64,000 nucleotides of DNA from an uncultured Methanosarcinaceae archaeon (GTDB taxonomy: Archaea; Halobacteriota; Methanosarcinia; Methanosarcinales; Methanosarcinaceae). The stretch's first letter is position 1, and each line of letters begins with the position of its first letter. A model generated the notes under the pieces. The model had not been told where the DNA came from. It made no database searches and saw only the letters and a program-made list of their open reading frames with translations. The stretch is taken from the NCBI GenBank assembly GCA_963733675.1, contig CAVTET010000001.1, positions 32,001-96,000 of the forward strand. The letters run 5' to 3'. This document shows, piece after piece, positions 56,298-64,000 of this stretch. A program made the translations under genes and the position numbers.

Positions 56298-57125
56298 TCA
56301 AAGCTCGGGGTTTGTATCCACAGCCACATAAAGCACTCCTTTTGCTCGCGTGCTAATCGCATAATCCCCTATGAATTTTTTGAATTTACCTTTTAACTCA
56401 ACACCACCAAGAGTGAGCCCTTCTTCAATGCCTACATATTCGAAACCCGGTGAAAAGCGTTCGATTTTACCCCCGATAACTATGGTTCCGGCTGTCATTT
56501 CGGCACCTACCCCTCTAAGAGCTCTGCCTTTTACAATGATGAGTCCGCCGTTCTGGTGAATTCCACAGAAGCCTTCAACATTGCCTTCCACAATGATTTC
56601 ACCTCCATCCATTCCACCTCCGACCTGATGTCTGGCCGAGCCTTCGATTACAATCCGCCCACCTTTCATACCGTGCCATTTGCCTCTGTAAGCACAGCCA
56701 ACATGATCTCCAGCATTACCTTTAATGTGAAGTAGTCCACCTGTCATTTCCATGGCTGGCCAGGAATCCATATCTCCGGCAACGAAGATTTTGCCACCTT
56801 TCATTCCAGTTCCTAAATGTATGCCTACAGAACCCTCAATTTCAATTTTTCCTGCACTCATATATCCTCCAATTCTTTTGACCCTGGTTACATCACCTTT
56901 TATGCGGATTAGGGTCTCAGCTTCAGAAATATCTCCATTTCCTTGTACTTCAAAAAATTCGCAGAGAGGATATGTCCTTGGCCCCTGCCAGATGGACATA
57001 TTTCCGATTTCTTCCGCACTTTTACCAGCAAAAGAGTCCGGAGTTATAATATCTGCCTCCAGTTTAATATCGACATTCCTTTTCGGAATAAGTATTACTT
57101 CTTTCATCACTTCACCTCTCACCAT
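56298..57125 (-). CDS. fmdC: Formylmethanofuran dehydrogenase subunit C
   Basis: GxGMxGG beta-helix repeats, 'GCAYRG..GMKGG'. Confidence 0.95.
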   Translation of the reverse strand: MVRGEVMKEVILIPKRNVDIKLEADIITPDSFAGKSAEEIGNMSIWQGPRTYPLCEFFEVQGNGDISEAETLIRIKGDVTRVKRIGGYMSAGKIEIEGSVGIHLGTGMKGGKIFVAGDMDSWPAMEMTGGLLHIKGNAGDHVGCAYRGKWHGMKGGRIVIEGSARHQVGGGMDGGEIIVEGNVEGFCGIHQNGGLIIVKGRALRGVGAEMTAGTIVIGGKIERFSPGFEYVGIEEGLTLGGVELKGKFKKFIGDYAISTRAKGVLYVAVDTNPEL

Positions 57126-58866
57126 TAACCTTTATTGGAGTCGGGTTTGTGAGATACTTTTTGGGAGTTGGGTAGTTGGCAAAGCCAAGGGTATAGTACC
57201 TGAACCATTTCTTCACATCGGCCAGCATCTCCTTTTCCGTTTCGTCCTCTACATGCACTTCGGAATAGTAAGTCTGCTTTTCAGGAATAGAGACGATCTC
57301 TCCTTTAGCAACAACAATTTCGCCTCCCTTTATGGTATATTCTGCCTTCCTGAAGGTTCTGAGGAGAGCTTCGTAATTGTTTGGATCAAGTTGCTGCGGA
57401 TTTATATTGTAAATTGTAATATCTCCGTCAGCACCCACTCCAAGAGAGCCTTTTCTGTGCGCCATGCCAATTGTCCGGGCAGGGTTGGCTCTAGTTAGGA
57501 TCGCAAGATCATAGAGGGAAAGTTCCCGTTTTACTCCTCCTATCTCACTTCTATCATTGGCCCATTTGTGGCATTCACTTATGGTTTGCTTCCTGTAAGC
57601 TTCAGACATGAGCCAGGTAATGACTTCCGGATATTTAGTAAACGGGCCACCATTGGGGCTATCCGTTGTCATAATGGTCTTCCAGGGGTCGTTGATTAGC
57701 AGGAGACATTCAAGTCCCATCGCCCACTGCACGCTGTGCACTGGATTGGACTTGAGGTAGGTAAAGGGCAGGACACCTGAGCCGCCCTCCATCTCAACGT
57801 CTTTATTTGACCACTTGTTTCCTGTAAGTTTGTAAATATCGTAAATGGCAGGCCCGTCTCCCGTCATGGCTGTAGCTTCACCGAAAGGCACGCATCCACT
57901 GTCTATTACGACATGATCCTTGTTGTTGATATATCCTGCAAGTTCTTTAACACCTGATTCAAAATCTGCCCAGGTGGTGCCTCCAAAACTATTAAACATA
58001 AGATGGGCAAGGTATACTGAACGATTCCTTGTTGGATCCATTTTGATTTCAGCCCATTCCACGTCCATGTTCTGCTTGGGCTTTATGCCATCAAGAATTT
58101 TGAGAGATTCTTTTGTAATAGTATAGCAACCCGGATGTCCTAAATTGTTTGCGTGCAAGTGAAGAGGCATCGGCATGCCCAAACGTTCGTTAATCTCGGA
58201 AAGTCCTTTTATGATCTCTCTTGGGGTAATTTCAAAATGGATGTTGGCTTCATCAAGAGACCTTACGTTTTTTCCCCAACCCCAGTTTTCGACTCCTGCG
58301 GGATTGACGCATTTGACTCCATAAGTCTTATGAGTGTTCATCATCCAAGACACGTAAGCAGCAGCCTTTTCGATATCACCTTCTCGGAGGTAGCGCATCA
58401 TAAAGAAATTGTTCCCGAGTTCCAGATACCCTCCCATATCAACAATTGGAGTTGCACGCATTTCTTCATGTGTATGGCGAGCTTCTAGAGGGGGAATTGC
58501 AGCTTCAAAGATAGTTGTATAACCCATTGCTGCGTAATCATAACCCTGTTTGTAAACTGAGGGGACGGTATAACCTGAACCTGAGTGAAGGAGTGAAGTT
58601 TTCTGGATAGTTGCTTTATAGTGGTCTTCCGGGCGCATCATCCTACCGACGTTAACCTTTGAGCCTGCAACGTGAGAATGTGAGTCGACCCCCCCGGGCA
58701 TGACAGTCATTCCGAAAGCATTAATAACCGTTCCTGTTTTCAGTTCGGCAGTAGGAAGTTCTGTCACAACTTTTCCATCCTGGACGAAGATATCCATTAT
58801 TTCGCCCTTTATTTCGTTGAGTGGGTCAAAGACATATCCATTTTTGATCACAACTGTTCCGGTCAT
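57112..58866 (-). CDS. fmdA: Formylmethanofuran dehydrogenase subunit A (binuclear amidohydrolase)
   Basis: 'DSHSH', 'VKCVNP', 'HLHANNLG', 'LAHLMF', 'TTDSPNG' all present. Confidence 0.96.
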   Translation of the reverse strand: MTGTVVIKNGYVFDPLNEIKGEIMDIFVQDGKVVTELPTAELKTGTVINAFGMTVMPGGVDSHSHVAGSKVNVGRMMRPEDHYKATIQKTSLLHSGSGYTVPSVYKQGYDYAAMGYTTIFEAAIPPLEARHTHEEMRATPIVDMGGYLELGNNFFMMRYLREGDIEKAAAYVSWMMNTHKTYGVKCVNPAGVENWGWGKNVRSLDEANIHFEITPREIIKGLSEINERLGMPMPLHLHANNLGHPGCYTITKESLKILDGIKPKQNMDVEWAEIKMDPTRNRSVYLAHLMFNSFGGTTWADFESGVKELAGYINNKDHVVIDSGCVPFGEATAMTGDGPAIYDIYKLTGNKWSNKDVEMEGGSGVLPFTYLKSNPVHSVQWAMGLECLLLINDPWKTIMTTDSPNGGPFTKYPEVITWLMSEAYRKQTISECHKWANDRSEIGGVKRELSLYDLAILTRANPARTIGMAHRKGSLGVGADGDITIYNINPQQLDPNNYEALLRTFRKAEYTIKGGEIVVAKGEIVSIPEKQTYYSEVHVEDETEKEMLADVKKWFRYYTLGFANYPTPKKYLTNPTPIKVNGER

Positions 58867-59904
58867 TTAGTTCACCTCTCTTTTCACAAACCAGATCGCA
58901 TCAACAGGACAAATAAGGACGCATATTCCATCTTCCCCGCAGAGGTCTTGGTTTACAACAAAAATTTTTCCATTTTTGACCTCCAGAAGAGCTTTTTCGT
59001 CCATGTTATTTAAGTGTCCTGCTGCAAGCTCACGGTTATTGAGAGCATTTACCGGACAGACAATAACGCAGTTCCCACAGCCTAGGCATGCATCTTCATC
59101 CGTTTTTATGCATACACGATGCGTAGATTCTGGAACAGGAGCTTCGAGTATCTTTTTCTCTAGGATACTCTTTTTCTCCAAACTCGGCATAATTGAAGTT
59201 TTTCGAACAGTAATAGCGTTCACAGGACAAGCAACTGCACAGGCTCCACAATAAATACATGCATCTGGACGGTGAGTTATCTTTTCGACTCTTTCTCCAG
59301 AGTTGGCCTTTTTGTTAAAAAGAGCATTTGCCGGACAGACTTCTACACAGGTATGGCAGGTTTGACAGACATCCTCATCCAAGATCCATCGTCCTTTAAA
59401 GGGCTTTTCCACGAAAATTGCATTCATCGGGCACACTGCAGCACACCAGCTACAGTGAACGCAGCACGCCGAATTAATGAGAGTCTTTCCAACCAGCTTC
59501 AGGCTTCCATCCTTTGAAATATCCCGGACTACCTCAATACAGTTTCTTGGGCAGATATCCTCACAAAGCCCGCAGTGAACACAGTTTTCATTCACTGTCG
59601 TCGGTTTCATGGCTTTGAAAATATAAGACATGTCATTAAGGATTTTTCCTTCTTGCCTCAACTCAAGAGCACCTGTGGGACAAACTCTTGCACAAATTCC
59701 ACAAATAAGGCAATCTTCCCCCTTTCTTTCCAGAAAATTCGCATCCAACAACTTTCTTACTACAGCCCCTACAGCACCTATTGAAAGGCCACTTTTGGGG
59801 CATGCTTGTACGCAAGTCCCACAGCCGATGCATTTTTCAGGTATATAGATTAGCTGTCGGTTTTTTTTTCCGGAGAAGACCGAAAATCGTTCCCATTCTT
59901 TCAT
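58867..59904 (-). CDS. fmdF: Polyferredoxin subunit F
   Basis: Eight CxxCxxCxxxCP-type motifs (the last as CGEDGICVLICP). Confidence 0.93.
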   Translation of the reverse strand: MKEWERFSVFSGKKNRQLIYIPEKCIGCGTCVQACPKSGLSIGAVGAVVRKLLDANFLERKGEDCLICGICARVCPTGALELRQEGKILNDMSYIFKAMKPTTVNENCVHCGLCEDICPRNCIEVVRDISKDGSLKLVGKTLINSACCVHCSWCAAVCPMNAIFVEKPFKGRWILDEDVCQTCHTCVEVCPANALFNKKANSGERVEKITHRPDACIYCGACAVACPVNAITVRKTSIMPSLEKKSILEKKILEAPVPESTHRVCIKTDEDACLGCGNCVIVCPVNALNNRELAAGHLNNMDEKALLEVKNGKIFVVNQDLCGEDGICVLICPVDAIWFVKREVN

Positions 59905-59922
59905 TTTGCTTACCTCTCAAAG

Positions 59923-60200
59923 TTATTCTGTGCATGCGCTGCAAAGTAGCTAATTTCCAATGTTCGAATACCTGGCTTGGAGTTCTTGATAGTTCGTCTT
60001 CTTCTCTGAGTCTAGGTTTCTCCGAATACCTCTTATGCTGTAGACTCCTTCAAGAGCCTTTTTGCTTATTATGACCGTTATTTTCCTCATGTTACTGATG
60101 ATCACATCAATTGTTTTCGATTGTAGCTACAGCAAGGAACTAAAATGATGCGTGAGTGCCGCATTGAGTCTCATATATCAGATATATACGTTCACCTCCT
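59923..60200 (-). pseudogene. Probable fmdE remnant
   Basis: Occupies the fmdE position of fmdEFACDB; terminal 'GN*LLCSACTE*' CxxC just before the fmdF RBS; orphan RBS GGAGGTGA near 60195; much shorter than a full gene. Confidence 0.4.
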
Positions 60201-60499
60201 CGAATATCGACCATCTGACTTGTAATATTAATATATAGATGCCGGTTAATGCTCCAAAGTTAAGAAAACCATGAAAGAAAATTACCTATTAGATTTGTGA
60301 AAGCACCTAAGGCTCTTTTCCCTGTTCCATCAGGTATTTATCGGAATTTTATTTTTTTATACAATGTGGATAACCATGGGTTTTATTCTTAAATTTTCTT
60401 AAACATGAAGTAGAAAGATACGAGGAGGCAACATAGAAACATATTGCAAGAAATCTTGTTTTATGAATGTAAGATGCAACATATCCATGTGAAAGTAAG

Positions 60500-60730
60500 A
60501 TAAGATTATTACGCTCAAAATTATAGATGATGCTGGTATCATTTGAACCATCCTCAACAACTATACATCGCTTTGGCCGAACTCTGATGTGTCGGACCAA
60601 TTCATCCAATGCATCTTTAGAGCCACTTTGTGTGACGGAGCCTATAACTTTGCCTTTAAGGTCTCAGTTTTCAACAAGCAGTTCATTGGTAACAACGAAG
60701 TCATTATCAGAAGCCTTATAGGCTTCAGTG
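60500..60730 (-). pseudogene. Phosphoserine phosphatase (SerB-like) remnant
   Basis: 'DFVVTNELLVEN*DLKGKVIGSVTQSGSK..RCIVVEDGSND' resembles SerB 'NEL..DG.LTG.V.G...K...VGDGAND'. Confidence 0.65.
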
Positions 60731-60879
60731 GCATAAATTATATAAATATTAAGCAAAAAGGTATATATAATGTATAAATTTATACAATCTGTCAGATATA
60801 TAAGTGCATTGATAAATTGTTTATAAATTATTTAGTAATTTCTTATAGAAGAAAATGGTCAACGCAGGATTTTGGAAAA

Positions 60880-61710
60880 ATGGTTAAGATTGGGATTATA
60901 AAAATGGGCAACCTGGGGATGAGTCAGGTTATTACTCTGATCCAGGATGAAATGGCAGCTAGAGAGGGAATCACAGTAAGGGTATTTGGAACAGGCGCTA
61001 AGATGGGCTTAGCCGAAGCTTTGGATACTGAAAATTTCAAGCAGTGGCAAGCAGACTTTGTGATAATTATCAGCCCTAACGCAACAGCTCCAGGACCCAC
61101 TGCAGTCCTTGAAGCATGGAAGAACGTGCCATGCATTGTGATCTCAGATGGGCCAAAAAAGAAAGAAGCTAGAGATGCTTTGGAGCAACAAGGCTTTGGA
61201 TATATTATCCTCCCCGTAGATCCGCTCATCGGAGCAAAAAGAGAGTTTCTTGATCCAGTGGAAATGGTAGTCTTCAACGCTGATGTGATGAAAGTTCTAT
61301 CTATTTGTGGTGTTGTAAGACTTCTTCAAGAAGAACTCGACAAAATTACAGCGCAGCTTGCTTCCAAAAAGTCCGAAAAGAAACTAGAGCTCCCACATAT
61401 TTTTGCAAAACCAGAAAAATGCATTCAACATGCAGGTTTCTCAAATCCCTATGCGAAAGCAAAGGCTCTTGCCGCCCTTCACATAGTTGAAAAAGTAGCA
61501 CAGGTTAATTACCCTGTCTGTTTCACGCTAAAGAATCTTGACCAAATATGTCTTACAGCTGCAGCAGGACATGAAATAATGGGAGCTGCTGCGCATCTCG
61601 CAACTCAGGCAAGGGAAATTGAAAAATCCAATGATACTGTCTTCAGACAATCCCATGCAAAGAGCGGCATCCTGCTGACGAAAACTAAATTATATGAAAA
61701 ACCAAAATGA
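60880..61710 (+). CDS. mtd: F420-dependent methylene-H4MPT dehydrogenase
   Basis: 'KMGNLGMS', 'GTGAKMG', 'DPLIGAKREFLDPVEM', 'NPYAKAKA'; start MVKIG at 60880. Confidence 0.96.
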   Translation: MVKIGIIKMGNLGMSQVITLIQDEMAAREGITVRVFGTGAKMGLAEALDTENFKQWQADFVIIISPNATAPGPTAVLEAWKNVPCIVISDGPKKKEARDALEQQGFGYIILPVDPLIGAKREFLDPVEMVVFNADVMKVLSICGVVRLLQEELDKITAQLASKKSEKKLELPHIFAKPEKCIQHAGFSNPYAKAKALAALHIVEKVAQVNYPVCFTLKNLDQICLTAAAGHEIMGAAAHLATQAREIEKSNDTVFRQSHAKSGILLTKTKLYEKPK

Positions 61711-62137
61711 AAATTGAAAATTATTTTAAAGTTTTGAAATCGAAAACCTTATCAGAAAATCATGAAAAAATGTTACTGGGTGAGAATAGGAGACTTGTTA
61801 TTATTTTCAGGGGTTTTGATTGATAGAAGTCAATTGCTAGTGGAATTAAAGATCAATTTTGGAGATCCTCGAAGATGTTAAAAATCTCGAGATTTAAGCA
61901 ACAATTTAATTAAATAACATATTTGATTAAATAGTTTCTCCAGTAAGACATGAGAAATTAAAAAATTTGAAGCTGGGAATCGAAGAAGAAACTTGAACAA
62001 AAAATATGAAATAGTGAATCTATCTAAAGTATCCCACAAAAGTTTCAAATTTGATTATTTTAACTGATATTCTTGAGATGTACCTATATGTATAATTCTT
62101 TGCCTATTTGCTATGATCATTCTCGAACTCATTTCAT

Positions 62138-62258
62138 GTAGATGAACACATGAATTTTCTCTATTTTCTTAATACGAAAGTAGCTTAAAAATTAATTTAG
62201 CTTTCAAGAATAATAGTAGGTATATAGGCAAACAAATTATATCTCTGTATATATTTGC
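62138..62258 (-). repeat. Family A repeat, copy 5 (plus a partial opposite-strand copy at ~62076-62110)
   Basis: Reverse complement reads TAATTTGTTTGCCTAT..TTGAAAGCTAAATTAATTTTTAAGCTACTTTC. Confidence 0.7.
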
Positions 62259-62406
62259 GAAATTTAGGATTATTCATTGAAGAACATTCTCCTGAATTTT
62301 TGATTTATTGCAGTCAATTACCAGTATAATTGATGATAAATTTTTGCGATCTCAGAATATATTCAAAAATCTCTAAATTAACAATGATTGAAAAAGAGGG
62401 ATTTTT

Positions 62407-63300
62407 ATAGAAATCAATGGAGTAGAAATCGAAAATACATATGCAGAAGCTTTTCAGATCAAGATTGCACGAGTGCTCATCACAGCCGTTACAAAACGCT
62501 GGGCTCTTGTGGCAGCTACTGAAGCTACAGGCTTCGCAACGTCTGTTATAATGTGTCCTGCAGAAGCAGGAATCGAAAAACTAGCAGATCCAAGTGAAAC
62601 CCCTGATAAGAGGCCTGGAGTCTACATCCAAATCTGTAATTTCAAATATGAAGCTCTGGAAAAACAATTACTTGAAAGGATCGGGCAATGTATACTTACA
62701 GCTCCTACAACTTCAGTTTTCAATGGGCTTTATGAAGCTGAAAAGCAATTTAACATCGGCTCCAAACTCAAATTTTTTGGGGATGGTATGGAGTCAGAAT
62801 CCCAGATTGCTGGTCGCAAAGTATATAAAATTCCTCTAATGGGAGGAGATTTCCTGAATGAAGTAAATATCGGAGCTGTAACTGGAATTGCAGGAGGCAA
62901 CTTCTTTATTTTTGGAGACTCGCAGATGAGCGCCCTTACAGCAGCCGAAGTTGCTGTGGATGCAATTGCAGAGCTCGAAGGCACAATTACCCCTTTCCCT
63001 GGTGGCATTGTAGCTAGCGGATCCAAATCCGGAGCAAACAAGTACAAATTCCTGAAGGCTACAACTAACGAAAAATTTTGCCCCTCCATAAAACACAAGA
63101 TTGAGGACACTGAAATTCCAGCAGATGTCAATTCTGTTTATGAAATAGTTATCAATGGGCTTGATGAAGTAAGTGTTAAAGCTGCCATGAGAGCAGGAAT
63201 TAAATGTGCTGTAACTGTTCCAGGCATCAAGAAAATCACCGCAGGAAACTACGGTGGAAAGCTCGGGAAATACCAGTTCAAACTGCACGACCTATTCTGA
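62407..63300 (+). CDS. ftr: Formylmethanofuran:H4MPT formyltransferase; apparent start codon is ATA
   Basis: In-frame (I)EINGVEIENTYAEAF from 62407; 'SVIMCPAEAG', 'PFPGGIVASGSK', 'AGNYGGKLG'. Confidence 0.95.
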   Translation: MEINGVEIENTYAEAFQIKIARVLITAVTKRWALVAATEATGFATSVIMCPAEAGIEKLADPSETPDKRPGVYIQICNFKYEALEKQLLERIGQCILTAPTTSVFNGLYEAEKQFNIGSKLKFFGDGMESESQIAGRKVYKIPLMGGDFLNEVNIGAVTGIAGGNFFIFGDSQMSALTAAEVAVDAIAELEGTITPFPGGIVASGSKSGANKYKFLKATTNEKFCPSIKHKIEDTEIPADVNSVYEIVINGLDEVSVKAAMRAGIKCAVTVPGIKKITAGNYGGKLGKYQFKLHDLF

Positions 63301-63479
63301 TCTCTATATTTTTTTCGGTTTCAGTTTTCACAATTTCCTTTTTTACTGATTAAGGACGAAGTAGTCAAGAACAAAATGTAATATGGCGATGAGAAAAAAA
63401 TACAAAACAAGAAATATTGACTTCATGGTTTGATTTTTTTGAGATTATATGTAGAGAAAATATTGTCGTGCTAATTGGC

Positions 63480-64000
63480 TATTTTTGGGTCATCAAATTT
63501 CAAGAGATCTGAAACCAGCAGAATGAATTTCTTCTGATCAATGCCAGTAACTCATATCATTACATAAGCTGCGAGGAAAGCTCCTGTAATCATTCCGAGA
63601 TTTGCAAACTGACAACAAGGAAAGTAAGCATGAACCAATTTTTAACATATCTTTGAAGGTTTTAATTCTTCCAGGGCTTTTATATCAGCTATGGAGGATT
63701 TTGCGGTTTTGCCTCCTACAGCCAGCAAACTAGCCTTCAGTAATCAATGGCTTCGGAGTGATTAGAAAGGCGATCAAAAAAGCATTCAGAGGTAAATAAG
63801 GGTGGTCTTCGTAGAGTAGATTCCAGTCTGCACTCTGGACTCTGTTGAGAATGAATCTACATATGAAAGCTATTAAAAATAGTATACTCAAAATAAGTAA
63901 ACTATTTTATAGATAAGATACGAAATTGAATTAACCCACAGTATTCAAATGCTTGGATCAACAAAGGCAATGCTCTTGGCAATTTAAACAGGTTTGAAGA
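63480..64000 (-). pseudogene. TraB/PrgY-family membrane protein remnant (runs off the window)
   Basis: Broken frames 'AFLITPKPLITEG*FAG', 'KNWFMLTFLVV', 'FANLGMITG'. Confidence 0.55.

Overview
This window is archaeal chromosomal DNA from a Methanosarcina-like methanogen, judged from protein sequences and gene content. It holds intact housekeeping blocks: mdh, ycaO-tfuA, the rpl15e-RNase P-proteasome-exosome-rpl37ae-rpoP superoperon, HARP, aglJ, tbp, smc-scpA-scpB, mcm and trmJ. These are separated by AT-rich spacers full of eroded genes, IS relics (IS6, IS5-like, IS1634-like) and at least three families of short dispersed repeats. The most notable region is 52.3-63.3 kb. There mch, fmdFACDB, mtd and ftr are co-located with open frames while the sequences between them are decayed. 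The FmdB subunit has lost its Mo/W-ligating Cys (to Tyr) and its active-site Arg (to His), while the FmdA amidohydrolase motifs are intact. This suggests a redox-dead, Fhc-like formate-exchanging C1 module, or early decay of the pathway. All calls come from reading the sequence and recalled family motifs; no database searches were run.
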